Assembly (NCBI GenBank): GCA_963819655.1
Contig: CAWFXA010000001.1
Coordinates: forward strand, 448,001 to 512,000
From: an uncultured Chloroflexia bacterium
Lineage (GTDB): Bacteria > Chloroflexota > Limnocylindria > Limnocylindrales > CSP1-4
DNA: 64,000 nt
Direction: 5' to 3'
A program made the translations under genes and the position numbers. Positions 31,864-42,809 of this stretch are shown piece by piece (the stretch's first letter is position 1; each line of letters begins with the position of its first letter). The notes beneath the pieces were generated by a model. That model had not been told where the DNA came from. It worked only from the letters and a program-made list of their open reading frames with translations, and did not search any database.

Positions 31864-34084
31864 CGTGTGGCTCCCTGGACGGTCCCCCGAGGACCACGAG
31901 CGCGTCGACCGCCACAGCGCCGTCCGCCGTGGCGATGACCGGGTTGAGATCGACCTCGAGGAGATCGGGACGCTCGATGGCGAGCGTCGACAGGCCCGCG
32001 ATCAGCCCCGCGAGCGCCTCTCGATCGACGGCCGGGCGGCCGCGTGTCCCGTCCAGGAGCCGGGCGGCACGCAGCTCGTCGAGCATGGCATTCGCGAGCT
32101 GCGGGGTGACAGGTGCGAGCCTGATCGCAACGTCATCGAGGACCTCGGCGAGCACGCCACCGAGACCGACCACGACGCACGGCCCGAACGACGGGTCACG
32201 CCGGAGACCGACGATCAGCTCGAGCCCGAGGTCGGCCATCGGCTCGACGAGCAGGCCGCGTGCATCGACGTCGTGATCGCGGGCGGCCTGCAGCAGGTCG
32301 TCGGCAGCCGCCCGGACGTCGTCGTCCCCGGCCAGGCCGAGGCGGACGAGCCCAAGGTCGGTCTTGTGCGGCAGGTCGACGGCGTCGATCTTCAGAACGA
32401 CTGCGTGCCCGCCGAGCGGCCGGGCGGCTTCGACCGCTGCGTCCGCGTCGCGCACCGCGAGCGCCGGCGTCACGGACAGGCCGGCAGCCCGCAGGAGGTC
32501 GAGGCTTTCGCGCTCCGGCAGGACGCGAGGTTCGGCGAACGACGGCGTGGGCGCCGGCTCGAGGCCGAACGCCGTGCGATCGCGCGCGAGATCCGGCCAA
32601 CCCTCGCGCCAGGGGCCCGTGCTCGGGCGCGCTTCCCGGCGACGCTCCCAACGCGCGAGCGAGCCGATCGCCCGGAACGCCTCGCTTGCCCCGCGCAGGA
32701 GCGGCGCCCCGCTCCCCTGTTCGTCGAGCAGTGCCTTCGTCTCCGGTGGCGGTTCGCCCGAGGTCAGTGACACGTACACGGGGAGCAGCCACGGTCGCTC
32801 GCGGGTCGCGTCGAGCATCGCGCCCGTGACCTCGTTGGCGGTGGCGACCTCGGCCGGCAGCGAGCGATACGGGAAGTCGTGGACCAGCACGAGCACGTCG
32901 TAGGCGTCGGATTCGGCCAGTGCCTCGAAGACGGCGCCGTAGGCGATCGCGGAGTCGGCGGCGCCCCACGGATCGAGCGGGTTGCCGATGAAACCCATCG
33001 TCGGGAGAGTCTCGAGGATCCGGTCGCGCGCCGCGTCCGGGATCGGCGGCAGGTCGAGTCCGGCCGCGGGCGCCAGGTCGGCGATGAGCGACGCCTCGCC
33101 GGTGCTGACCGTGACGACCCCGGCGCGGCCACGGCCGATCCCTCGTCCGGTGCGGCGCGTGCCCTCCACGAGCTCGGCGGTCTCGAGCAGCTCGTCGAGG
33201 TCGGCGCAGCGGATGACACCCGCGGCGTCGAGCGCGGCGTCGGTCACCCGTGCCTCGCCGGCCAGCGAGCCGGAATGGGCGATCGCTGCGGCCCGGGCAT
33301 GCTCGCTGCGCCCGACCTTGACCGCCATGATCGGCTTGCCGAGCTCGAGCGCCCGATCGGCGAGGGCCAGGAACCTTTCCGGCCGGCGGAACCCCTCGAG
33401 GAACAGGATGACCGAGGTGGTCGCGGGGTCGTCGAGGCAGTAGGCGAGGTAATCGCACACGTCGAGCACGACCTCCGAGCCGCAGCTGATGATGCGGCTG
33501 AACCCGACACGCGACCCCGACTGGACGAAGGCATCGGTGACCGACCCCGACTGGGCGATGCCGGCCACGCCGCCGCGTGGCAGATACGGCGACACGTCGC
33601 CGATGTAGGTGGCGGCGTTCACGGTCAGGTCGATGACGCCCATGCAGTTCGGCCCGACGAGGGCCATGCCGTGCCGGCGAGCGATGTCGGCCACCTCGGC
33701 CTGCATCGCGGCGGCGGCGGCGCCACCTTCCACGACGCCCCCGCCCGGGATGATGACGGCCGGGATCCCGGCGTCGGCCGCCGCCTGGGTGACGACCGCC
33801 GCCCGGAGCGGATTGAGCGCGACGAGGGCGATGTCGGGCCGCTCCGGGAGCGCCTCGAGCGATGGGTAACAGGGCTGACCGAGCAGCTCGTCGTATTTCG
33901 GGTTGACGAAGTGGCAGCGGGTGTCGCTGCCCATGAGCCGCAGGTTGTCGCGGACGGTCTCGGCGATCCAGCTCCGCGCCGACGCGCCGACGACAGCGAT
34001 CGACGTCGGAGCGAAGACAGGCCGCAGGTCGATCGTCCGGGACGCGGGTGCGGGCTCCATCGCCGCGGCGACGCGATCGATCAT
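31853..34084 (-). CDS. Acyl-CoA synthetase (ADP-forming), acetate-CoA ligase family
   Basis: SIAVVGAS, VGPNCMG, QSG, HSGSLAG, NPLD, HKTDLG and EVDLNP motifs. Confidence 0.9.
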   Translation of the reverse strand: MIDRVAAAMEPAPASRTIDLRPVFAPTSIAVVGASARSWIAETVRDNLRLMGSDTRCHFVNPKYDELLGQPCYPSLEALPERPDIALVALNPLRAAVVTQAAADAGIPAVIIPGGGVVEGGAAAAAMQAEVADIARRHGMALVGPNCMGVIDLTVNAATYIGDVSPYLPRGGVAGIAQSGSVTDAFVQSGSRVGFSRIISCGSEVVLDVCDYLAYCLDDPATTSVILFLEGFRRPERFLALADRALELGKPIMAVKVGRSEHARAAAIAHSGSLAGEARVTDAALDAAGVIRCADLDELLETAELVEGTRRTGRGIGRGRAGVVTVSTGEASLIADLAPAAGLDLPPIPDAARDRILETLPTMGFIGNPLDPWGAADSAIAYGAVFEALAESDAYDVLVLVHDFPYRSLPAEVATANEVTGAMLDATRERPWLLPVYVSLTSGEPPPETKALLDEQGSGAPLLRGASEAFRAIGSLARWERRREARPSTGPWREGWPDLARDRTAFGLEPAPTPSFAEPRVLPERESLDLLRAAGLSVTPALAVRDADAAVEAARPLGGHAVVLKIDAVDLPHKTDLGLVRLGLAGDDDVRAAADDLLQAARDHDVDARGLLVEPMADLGLELIVGLRRDPSFGPCVVVGLGGVLAEVLDDVAIRLAPVTPQLANAMLDELRAARLLDGTRGRPAVDREALAGLIAGLSTLAIERPDLLEVDLNPVIATADGAVAVDALVVLGGPSREPHDGR

Positions 34085-35259
34085 CCGACGACGCGGTCGA
34101 CGCCGCGCTTCTCGAGGGCTCTCGCGATGATCAGGCGCTGGATCTCCGACGTGCCCTCCCAGATCCGGTCGACGCGGAGCTCGCGGAAGAACCGTTCCGC
34201 CGCGGTCTCGCGCATGTAGCCGCGGCCACCGAACACCTGGACGACACGATCCGCGCACCGGAAGGCCGCCTCCGACGCGAACAGCTTGGCCAGCGACGCC
34301 TTGGCGTGGACGACCTTCGGGTCGGCACCGGCGTCGGCGAGCACGGCAGCCTCGCGAGTCAGCAGGCGCGCGGCGGACGCGTCGGCGGCGGAGTCGGCCA
34401 GCGGGAACGACACGCCCTGGAAGTCGAAGATGCGCTGCCCGAACTGGACGCGCTCGGTCGCCCACTCGACCGCGTCAGTGAGGAGCCGCTCCATGGCGCC
34501 GGTGCAGCGCGCCCCGATGTGGATCCGCTCCTCGACGAACCACTCGTTGGTGAGCTCGTCGGCCTTGCCGACGCCGCCGAGGATCGCGGACGCTGGGACG
34601 CGGACGTCCTCGAGCACGAACTGCGGATGCCGATCGGCGAACGTGTGCATGTAGTCGGGGTCGTGCTTGAGGGTCACACCGGGCGTGTCGTAGTCGACGA
34701 GGAACAGCGTCGGCTTGCGCGCGTCCCCGTCGACGACGTGGCAGTGGAAGATCATGAAGTCGGTCTCGTCGGGCGGGCCGGTGACGAACCACTTCTCGCC
34801 GTTCAGGACGTACTCCCCGGTGGCCGCGTCACGGACGGCGGTCGCCGACAGGGCCCGGGCGTCGGAGCCGGCTTCGGGCTCCGTGACGGCGTAGGCGCCG
34901 AAGCGTTCGCCGCGGAGGCTCGGGTCGAGGTAGCGCCGCCGCTGCTCGTCGTCGCAGTGCAGCAGGGCGTTGTAGGCGCCCGGGATGAACGACCACAACC
35001 CGCCGGTCGACTGGCCGAGCTGCTCGTGCACCAGGACCTGCTCGAGCATCGACCAGCCCTGGCCGCCTACTTCCTTTGGTAGCGAACCGCCGACGAGGCC
35101 CGCTTCGATCGATGCGTCACGGATCCGAGCGCGCTGCTCTGGCGGGAGGCGGCCGCCGGCGCGCTCGAACTCGACCTCGACCGGCTGGAGCTCGTCGCGC
35201 GTGAAACGGCGCGCGCGCTCCTGGAGCTCGAGCTGGGCCGGGCTGAGCGTCAGGTCCAC
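34081..35259 (-). CDS. Acyl-CoA dehydrogenase
   Basis: AVTEPEAGSD, LNGEKWFVT, RVQFG, QVFGGRGY and IWEGTSEIQR motifs. Confidence 0.95.
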   Translation of the reverse strand: MDLTLSPAQLELQERARRFTRDELQPVEVEFERAGGRLPPEQRARIRDASIEAGLVGGSLPKEVGGQGWSMLEQVLVHEQLGQSTGGLWSFIPGAYNALLHCDDEQRRRYLDPSLRGERFGAYAVTEPEAGSDARALSATAVRDAATGEYVLNGEKWFVTGPPDETDFMIFHCHVVDGDARKPTLFLVDYDTPGVTLKHDPDYMHTFADRHPQFVLEDVRVPASAILGGVGKADELTNEWFVEERIHIGARCTGAMERLLTDAVEWATERVQFGQRIFDFQGVSFPLADSAADASAARLLTREAAVLADAGADPKVVHAKASLAKLFASEAAFRCADRVVQVFGGRGYMRETAAERFFRELRVDRIWEGTSEIQRLIIARALEKRGVDRVVG

Positions 35260-35599
35260 CCGCCAAGGATGGCGCACGGGATGGGCCGCCTCCGTGCCGC
35301 GTCGCAGGGCGCGGGACGGCGGACAAGGAAGAGGGCCGGTCGCGTGAAGGGCATCGCGCGCTGGAGCCTGTGACCGGGCGCGCCCCCCGGCGCTGCGACC
35401 TGGTCCCAGAGAGTGGTGTACCAGCGCACCAGTCCTGCGTCAAGACCAGGACCTTCATCATCCTGTTAAGCGTGCGTGGGCTGTCTAAGGATTGACACTC
35501 GGACGCGGCGACAGCCCCAGTCCGGTATCGTCGGCCGCGGCCCGGGGGAACGGTCTGCGATCGGACCGGCGGGCGTCATCGCGGCACACCGGAGGGAGC

Positions 35600-37192
35600 G
35601 TGTCCTCGAGCACGGACGAGAGCCAGGGGATCGAACCCGCCCTGGACCCCGACATCGACGCGACGGACGCGGGCCGTTCCGCGAACATCAAACAGATACG
35701 CGGATCCAGCCTGCTTCTCGTGGGCCGGATGATCGGCCTCGGCCTCGACTTCGTGGCCCAGGTCCTGATCGTCCGCTATCTCGACAAGACCGAGTACGGC
35801 GCCTTCGCTCTCGCGCTGTCGATCGTCGCCCTCGGGACGACCGTGTGCCTCCTCGGTCTGGAGCGCACGGTCGGTCGCTTCGCCCCGATCTACCAGGAAC
35901 GTGGCGACCTCCCGCGGATGTGGGGGACGATCGTGGTCGTCGTCAGCACCGTCGCGACGATCGGCCTCGCCCTGATCCTTGCCGCGTGGGCCTTCCAGGG
36001 CCTGATCGGGGGCGTCGTCCAGAACGAGCTCGCGCTCTCGATCCTCCTGATCATGATCGTCCTGGCGCCGCTCACGGCCCTCGACAGCCTGTTGATCGCG
36101 TTGTTCGCGACGTTCGGGTCGGCGCGATCGATCTTCTTCCGACGCTACGTATTCGCGCCCGTCCTCCAGCTCAGCGTCGTCGTCGTGCTGATCGCCAGCA
36201 ACAGCGATGTCCGGCTCCTCGCCTTCGGCTACGTCCTCGCCGCCGCGGCAGGCATCGCGATCTACTCATTCGTGCTGCTTCGGCTGCTCCAACGGCAGGG
36301 TCTGCTCGCCCACCTGCGCCGCGACACGTTGCGGCTGCCGGCACGCGAGATCTTCACGTTCAGCATCCCGCTCCTCGCGTCCGACCTCGTGTTCGTGCTG
36401 CGCAGCTCGCTCACGATCATCTTCCTGGAGGTCCTGCGCAGCACCGAAGAGGTCGCGGACTTTCGCGCGGTCCTGCCGATCGCCATCCAGAACATGTTCG
36501 TGGCCACCAGCTTCCGATTCATCTTCACGCCGGGTGCCTCGCGCCTCTGGGCCCGCGACGACCGGACGGCCTTGAACGACCTGTACTGGCAGACCGCCGT
36601 GTGGATCGCGATCCTGAGCTTCCCTGTCTTCGCGTTGAGCCTTGCGTTCGCCACGCCGATCGCGGTCCTGCTGTTCGGCGAGCCGTACCGCAGCTCCGGC
36701 ACGATCCTGAGCATCCTATGCATCGGCTACTACGTGAATGCAGCAGTCGGGTTCAACTCCCTGCTCCTACGCGTCTTCGGCCGGGTCCGCTACATGGTCA
36801 CCGCAGACCTCGCCACGGCGGCGATCAGCATCGTGGCCACGATCCTCCTGATCCGTGAGTACGGCGCCGTCGGTGCGGCCATCGGGACGACCGGCTCGTT
36901 CCTGCTCCAGAACGCGCTGTACCAGTGGGGCCTGCGGACCCGCACCACGGTCGCTGCGATCGATACCCGGTATATCCGGGCGTACGCATCGATCGCCGTC
37001 GGGGCGGTCGCGGCCTTGCTCGTCGCCAGCGTCGTCGACCCGCCGCTCATCGTCGGCGTCGTCGTGGTGGGCCTCATCTCGCTGGCCATCCTCGGGCTCA
37101 ATCGGCACTCACTGCGCATCGTCGAGACGTATCCGGAGCTCGCCCGCTTCCCGTTGGTGCGCCGGTTCTTCGGCGACCCCGGAACGCCATGA
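35600..37192 (+). CDS. Wzx-type oligosaccharide flippase
   Basis: About 14 TM helices; IVRYL.KTEYG and LLI..YGAVGAA motifs; GGAGGGAG RBS before GTG 35600. Confidence 0.88.
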   Translation: MSSSTDESQGIEPALDPDIDATDAGRSANIKQIRGSSLLLVGRMIGLGLDFVAQVLIVRYLDKTEYGAFALALSIVALGTTVCLLGLERTVGRFAPIYQERGDLPRMWGTIVVVVSTVATIGLALILAAWAFQGLIGGVVQNELALSILLIMIVLAPLTALDSLLIALFATFGSARSIFFRRYVFAPVLQLSVVVVLIASNSDVRLLAFGYVLAAAAGIAIYSFVLLRLLQRQGLLAHLRRDTLRLPAREIFTFSIPLLASDLVFVLRSSLTIIFLEVLRSTEEVADFRAVLPIAIQNMFVATSFRFIFTPGASRLWARDDRTALNDLYWQTAVWIAILSFPVFALSLAFATPIAVLLFGEPYRSSGTILSILCIGYYVNAAVGFNSLLLRVFGRVRYMVTADLATAAISIVATILLIREYGAVGAAIGTTGSFLLQNALYQWGLRTRTTVAAIDTRYIRAYASIAVGAVAALLVASVVDPPLIVGVVVVGLISLAILGLNRHSLRIVETYPELARFPLVRRFFGDPGTP

Positions 37193-38463
37193 CCGGAGAG
37201 GGGCCGCTTCGGTCGCGCCTGCCGCCGGTGTTCGAGTCGCTGGCCTCCCTGTACGGGCCTGCGGATCCCGGGTTCCAGACACTCATCGTGGATGCCGGCG
37301 ATCGGTGGGCGCTGCCGCAATCCCCTCCGGGCGAGGTCGACGTCCTGTTGTGGGGCCGGCTTGGCCGAAACGTGCGCCCCTCCATGAACGCGATCCCGTT
37401 CGCAGCCAGGCGGGAGCTCGCGATCCTGCGCGTGCGCGCCGGCCCGCCAAGCGGCCTGCGACTCGCCGAGCTTCATCGCCTGCCACCGGTCCCGCGTCCG
37501 GGGCGCATCCGGCAGGTCATCCGTGCGGCGGCCCTCGGCGGGGTCCTCGTGGAGCTCGTCCGCGGCGACCGCCCGCAACGCGTGATCGACGCGGTGGCGC
37601 TGGCGGCGGGAGCGCCGTCGATCGGCCGCGGCCTGCGTCCAAGCGGGGACGGCTCGGCAGTCGGACGGCTCGTCCTCAAGAACGGTGCGCTCGCGGCGCT
37701 GCGCGTCTGCAGCGTCCGACATACCAAGGATCCGGCCCGTGGTCGGGAGGCACTCCTCACCCTTGCCGCGGCGGACGTCCCGTTGGTCCCAAAACCGATC
37801 CGTGGTGGCACGACGGCCGGCGCGGCCTGGGCGACCGAGTCGGTCCTGACCGGGAAGCATGTCCAGCAGCTCACGCCCGACCTCCTCGACCAGATCACCC
37901 GATTCCTGGCGGCTCTGCCGGTCGGGCCTTCAGGGCAGCGCGCGGTCGACGACCAGCTGGCCGAGGTCGCTGACGTGTTCCCGGAGCACGCGGCGGCCTT
38001 GCGGTCCGTCGCCTCGGCCGGTGCGCGCTGGGGAACGTCGCTGCCGTCGGTGCTCATCCACGGCGACATGTGGCTCAACAACGTGTTCGTCGCGGACGGT
38101 CGGCTGAGCGGCGTGTTCGACTGGGATACCTGGCATCCTGCCGGCCTGCCGGGCACCGACCTGCTGAGCCTGCTGGCTGCCGAGACCCGCACGCAGCAGG
38201 GCCGGGACATCGGCCTCCTCTTCGTCGACGACTACTGGCGCTCGGCCGAGGTCCTCGATGCGCTTCGCCCGTATTTCGCGGCGCGCGGCCTGCCGTTCCC
38301 GGACACGGTCGGGCTCGCCGCCATCGCGATCGGCTGGTGGGCGAGTCGCATGGCGGGATCGCTCCACAGGGCGCGCCGCGTCGTGGACGATCCGGATTGG
38401 ACGCGATCCAACATCACAGACGTGCTCGCGAAGGTCGACCAGCTCGAGCAGGAGCTGGGTTAG
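37189..38463 (+). CDS. Aminoglycoside/choline-kinase-like phosphotransferase
   Basis: HGDMWLNN and VFDWD motifs; ATGA overlap with the flippase. Confidence 0.8.
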   Translation: MTGEGPLRSRLPPVFESLASLYGPADPGFQTLIVDAGDRWALPQSPPGEVDVLLWGRLGRNVRPSMNAIPFAARRELAILRVRAGPPSGLRLAELHRLPPVPRPGRIRQVIRAAALGGVLVELVRGDRPQRVIDAVALAAGAPSIGRGLRPSGDGSAVGRLVLKNGALAALRVCSVRHTKDPARGREALLTLAAADVPLVPKPIRGGTTAGAAWATESVLTGKHVQQLTPDLLDQITRFLAALPVGPSGQRAVDDQLAEVADVFPEHAAALRSVASAGARWGTSLPSVLIHGDMWLNNVFVADGRLSGVFDWDTWHPAGLPGTDLLSLLAAETRTQQGRDIGLLFVDDYWRSAEVLDALRPYFAARGLPFPDTVGLAAIAIGWWASRMAGSLHRARRVVDDPDWTRSNITDVLAKVDQLEQELG

Positions 38464-38470
38464 GCCGGGA

Positions 38471-39916
38471 TCAGGACGGCTGGGCGAGCACCATGATCCG
38501 GATCTCGGTCATGTCCTCGATGGCCCAGCGGATGCCTTCGCGACCTTGCCCGGAGTCCTTGACGCCGCCGTAGGGCATGTGGTCGATGCGATAGGTCGGG
38601 ATGTCGTTGATGATCACGCCACCGACCTCGAGCTCATTGAAGGCCTGCCAGGCGCCGGCCAGGTCGTTTGTGAAGACCCCGGTCTGCAGGCCGAACATCG
38701 AATCGTTGACGCGCGCGATGGCGTCGGCCATATCGGTGAACGGGAACGCCACGACGAGCGGGGCGAATGCCTCGTTGCTACAGACCTGGGCGGCGACCGG
38801 GACCTCGGTCAGCACGGTCGGCGGGAAGAAATTGCCATCGGCCTTGCCGCCGGCCAGGACCTTGCCGCCCAAGGCAACGGCCTCGTCGACCCAGCGCTGC
38901 GTGCGGCTGGCCTGGTGCTCATCGACCATCGGGCCGACGTCGGTCGTCGGGTCGAGCGGGTCACCGACCTTGAGGTTCGCGACGCCAGCCAGGAACTTCT
39001 CCATGAATGCATCCCAGACCGCCTCCTGCACGAACATGCGCTGCACGCTGATGCACACCTGGCCGGCATACGCGTACGCGCCGACGAGGATCCGCTTGAC
39101 CGCCCAGTCGAGGTTCGAGGTCTGGTCGACGATGACGCCGGCGTTGCCGCCGAGCTCGAGGACCACCTTCTTCTTGCCGGCGCGCTCCTTCATCCGCCAG
39201 CCGACCGACGGCGAGCCGGTGAAGCTCAGCAGCTTGAACCGCTCGTCCTCGACCATCCGGTCACCGAGCTCACGGGTCATCGGCAGGATGCTGACGGCGC
39301 CCTGGGGCACGCCCGCGGCCTCGACGATCTCGGCGACCGTCAGCATCGTCAGCGGGTCTTTGGAGGGCGGCTTCAGGACGATCGTGTTGCCACTGGCGAT
39401 TGCGGGCGACAGCTTGTGCGCCGCCAGGTTGAGCGGGAAGTTGAACGGCGAGATGCCGGCGATCGGGCCGATCGGGAAGCGCCTCGTGATCCCGACGCGA
39501 TCCTTGGAGGCTGGCATCAGGTCGAGCGGGATGAGCTCGCCCGTCATCCGCTCCGCCTCCTCGGCGCCGAGGCGGAACGTCAACGTCGCGCGGTCGACCT
39601 CGACGAGTGCGTCGCGGATCGGCTTGCCGGCCTCCAGCGCGATGAGCCGGCCAAGCTCTTCACGGCGCGCCTTGAGCCCCGCCGAGATCTCGCGCAGGAT
39701 CCGGCCGCGTTCGTACGCCGGGAGCTTGCGGGTCACCTCGAAGGCGTCGACCGCCGCGGATACCGCCTCGTCGTACTGCTCCGGGGTCGCGTTGTAGGTC
39801 GCGCCGGCCGGATGGGCGGGATCCGCCGGGTTCGCGACCTGGAGGAGGTCGGGTGATTCGACCCAGCGCCCGGCGAGGAAGATCGGATGCGGTTTCGTGC
39901 CGGTGGCGACGGTCAT
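38471..39916 (-). CDS. Aldehyde dehydrogenase
   Basis: ISPFNFP, FTGS, LELGGN, GQVCIS and PYGGVKDSG motifs. Confidence 0.95.
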   Translation of the reverse strand: MTVATGTKPHPIFLAGRWVESPDLLQVANPADPAHPAGATYNATPEQYDEAVSAAVDAFEVTRKLPAYERGRILREISAGLKARREELGRLIALEAGKPIRDALVEVDRATLTFRLGAEEAERMTGELIPLDLMPASKDRVGITRRFPIGPIAGISPFNFPLNLAAHKLSPAIASGNTIVLKPPSKDPLTMLTVAEIVEAAGVPQGAVSILPMTRELGDRMVEDERFKLLSFTGSPSVGWRMKERAGKKKVVLELGGNAGVIVDQTSNLDWAVKRILVGAYAYAGQVCISVQRMFVQEAVWDAFMEKFLAGVANLKVGDPLDPTTDVGPMVDEHQASRTQRWVDEAVALGGKVLAGGKADGNFFPPTVLTEVPVAAQVCSNEAFAPLVVAFPFTDMADAIARVNDSMFGLQTGVFTNDLAGAWQAFNELEVGGVIINDIPTYRIDHMPYGGVKDSGQGREGIRWAIEDMTEIRIMVLAQPS

Positions 39917-40001
39917 GGCTGCGCTCCTGCGCTGGGCGATACGGTACGGTCGCATCATACGTCCGGACCCCCGATCGACCCGTGCCTGGAGGGACGCGCC
40001 C

Positions 40002-40824
40002 ATGGCTCCTCGCCCCGACCTTCGCGCCGAGCTGCGCGTGAGACCCGGCACCCGCGTCCGACTGGCCCGCCGGGATCACGCGGCGACCCACGGATGGGAC
40101 AAGCCGGCCGCCGAGGCCGAGCTGGCCCGGCAGAACGTCCGGCTCGCGAGCCTCCAGGACCGCTTCTGGGCGGAGGCGAAGCGGTCGGTGCTGGTGGTGC
40201 TGCAGGGGATCGACGCGGCCGGCAAGGACGGCACGATCAACAAGGTCATGGAGGCGTTCAACCCTCAGGGCTGCCCGGTCACGGCATTCAAGGTGCCGAG
40301 CACCGAGGAGCTCGCCCACGACTACCTGTGGCGAGTCCACAAGGCCGTGCCCCGCAAGGGCGAGATCGGCATCTTCAATCGCTCGCACTACGAGGATGTC
40401 CTCGTCGTCCGCGTCCACGACCTCGTGCCGAAGACGGTCTGGGGCGCAACGCTACGACCAGATCAACGCGTTCGAGCGGCATCTGACGGCGAATGGCACG
40501 ACCATCGTGAAGTTCTTCCTGTCGATCGACCGCGACGAGCAGCGCGAGCGTTTCCAGGCTCGCTACGACGATCCAACGAAGCGCTGGAAGTTCTCGATGG
40601 GCGACATCGAGGAGCGCGCCCGCTGGGACGATTACCAGGCGGCCTTCGATGACGCGCTGTCGAAGTGCTCGACCGTCGATGCGCCGTGGTACGTCATCCC
40701 GGCGAACCGCAAGTGGTTCCGCAATCTGGCTGTCGCGACGATCCTCGCCGACACGATCGCCGGACTGAACCCACGCTATCCGGCGGTCGCCCCCGACGTC
40801 CCCGAGGACTTGGTCATCGCCTGA
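40002..40824 (+). CDS. ppk2: Polyphosphate kinase 2 family; apparent frameshift near 40447
   Basis: LQGIDAAGKDG, HDYLWR and FNRSHYEDV motifs; second frame continues RYDQINAFE..KFFL..KRWKF..APWYVIPAN.KW. Confidence 0.88.
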
Positions 40825-40849
40825 CCACAGCGCTCAGAGCAAGGCGCGC

Positions 40850-41542
40850 CTACGACTCGCCGCGAGTCAGCCCATTGCGGATGGCATAGCGCGTGAGGGC
40901 GTTCATGCCTCGGATCCCGAGCTTCGCCGACACATTGGCCAGGTGGCGTCGCACGGTGTGGACGCTGATATCGAGCGACCGGGCGATCTGGGCCGGGGAC
41001 TGACCGGACGCGAGCATGCTCAGGACCTCGCGCTCGCGCTCGCTGATCGAGCCGGCCTCCTGCCAGCGGAGGGAGTCCTCGACGACGGCGTTCGTCACGC
41101 TGCTGTGGAGGTACCGCTCTCCGCGGGCGACGGCGCGGATCGCCTCCACGAGCTCCCGGGACTGTGCCCCCTTGATCATGAAACCCGCTGCCCCGGCGGC
41201 CAGCGCCTGGCGGACGGTCTCGGGGTCGCTGTGCATCGTCAACACCACGATCCGCAGGTCCGGCTGCCGCGCGCGCAGATCTCGGAGGAGCGGCATGGCG
41301 TCCCCCTCGGGGAACGTCAGGTCGAGGACCAGCACGTGCGGACGCTGGTTCACGACCAGGTCGATGGCGGAGGCGTGGTCGGCGGCCTCACCGACGATGT
41401 CGAAGCCGTCCTCGGCCTGCAGGACGCGACGCACGCCTTCACGGATCAGCTGGTGGTCATCGACGAGGGCGACCCGGATCGTCCCGGGCAGCGACACCCG
41501 GGCCGACGCAGATGCGGCGAGTTCGGGCCCTTGTGCCATCAC
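40850..41542 (-). CDS. NarL/LuxR-family response regulator
   Basis: LVDDH and VLDL receiver motifs; SEREREVL..IA..L.IS.HTV HTH. Confidence 0.92.
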   Translation of the reverse strand: MMAQGPELAASASARVSLPGTIRVALVDDHQLIREGVRRVLQAEDGFDIVGEAADHASAIDLVVNQRPHVLVLDLTFPEGDAMPLLRDLRARQPDLRIVVLTMHSDPETVRQALAAGAAGFMIKGAQSRELVEAIRAVARGERYLHSSVTNAVVEDSLRWQEAGSISEREREVLSMLASGQSPAQIARSLDISVHTVRRHLANVSAKLGIRGMNALTRYAIRNGLTRGES

Positions 41543-42630
41543 CGGCCGATGCGGACCACTGGGCCGATCTGCAGGTCAGGGCGCGTCACCGGCGGCTTCG
41601 TGATCGGCACGATGATCTCGACGCGCGTGCCGGCGCCCGGCCGCGATCGCACCTCGACGGTGAGGCCATGGATGCTCGCGCGGTCATTCATGCCGTCGAG
41701 GCCGAGGCCGCGCTCGCGCGCTTTCGCATCGAAGCCGATGCCGTCATCCCCCACCACCAGCCGGACCGTGTCGTCGACGATGTGACCTCCGATCCAGATG
41801 TGACGCGCATGGCTATGGCGTGCCGCGTTCCCGATCGCCTCCTGGACGATCCGGTAGAGGTCGATCTCCATCTCGGGCTCGAGATAGCCGGGCGGCAGAA
41901 GCGCGGGATCGAAGCGCAGCTCGACCGGAACGCCGGCCGTCCGCGCCAGGTTGTTGAGTGCCGCGCCGAGCCCGATCTCATGCACGCGCGTGGGACGCAG
42001 CTTGGCCGCGACCTGGCGGGTCTCCGCCAAGGCTGACGACGCGAGCTCGCGGGCGCGCAGGACGCCGGCGCGGCCGGTCGAGCCGGCCTGGGGGTTCGGC
42101 GCGTCGAGCTCGTTATCGGCCGCATCGAGCGTGAGGATGACCGCGGTCAGCGTCTGGCCGACACCGTCATGGAGCTCGCGCGCGAGGCTCGCGCGCTCCT
42201 CTTCATGCGCGGTGACCAATCGCTCGCTCGCTTGGCGATACAGCGTCGCGTAGTGGCGGGCGGAGGTCGAGACCCGGTCGGCGAGGACGGCGACGATCAC
42301 GGCGATCGACACCATCAGCGGCCACTCGGTGAACTCGAGCTGCTCCTCCGTCGGCGGGACACCGACCGCGTCCGAGATCGCGAGGTAACCGACCATCACG
42401 ATGGTCGCCACGAGGATCCGCCAGAGCGCAGCAGCCAGGCCGTACAGGAACGCGCCGATCGCGACGGTGAGCCACAGGCCCTGGAGAAGGATCTCCGGAT
42501 CGGCCAGGCGGAGGAACAGGGCGACAGCGAACACGCCGCACGCGAGGTCGACCAGGCGTCGCAGAAGGACCGGGTCGAGATTCGCGAGACGCGATGAACG
42601 ATGGTCCCGCAACGGACCGCCAATGGTCAT
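41539..42630 (-). CDS. Membrane sensor histidine kinase (HisKA_3)
   Basis: EERASLARELHDGVGQ, QEAIGNAARHS, DDGIGF and GLGL motifs. Confidence 0.92.
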   Translation of the reverse strand: MTIGGPLRDHRSSRLANLDPVLLRRLVDLACGVFAVALFLRLADPEILLQGLWLTVAIGAFLYGLAAALWRILVATIVMVGYLAISDAVGVPPTEEQLEFTEWPLMVSIAVIVAVLADRVSTSARHYATLYRQASERLVTAHEEERASLARELHDGVGQTLTAVILTLDAADNELDAPNPQAGSTGRAGVLRARELASSALAETRQVAAKLRPTRVHEIGLGAALNNLARTAGVPVELRFDPALLPPGYLEPEMEIDLYRIVQEAIGNAARHSHARHIWIGGHIVDDTVRLVVGDDGIGFDAKARERGLGLDGMNDRASIHGLTVEVRSRPGAGTRVEIIVPITKPPVTRPDLQIGPVVRIGR

Positions 42631-42809
42631 CCGTGAGCCCCCATTTGATGGATGTTGAGTATAGGCAGGGGTAGTCGGGGGAACAATGATGTGCGGGCCG
42701 AATCGGGGGATTCGGTCGGGATCGTGGTGGGTCCTGTCAACACCCGACGTCGCTGAGGGGTGGCGTTGATGGTTCCGAGTTCGATCGGACTTCGGTGGGG
42801 GATGACACG

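Noticed and set aside
37189-38463. Antibiotic resistance kinase (also 49634-50656)
   Set aside because: Only the generic APH/choline-kinase motifs are visible; context suggests glycan or metabolic roles.
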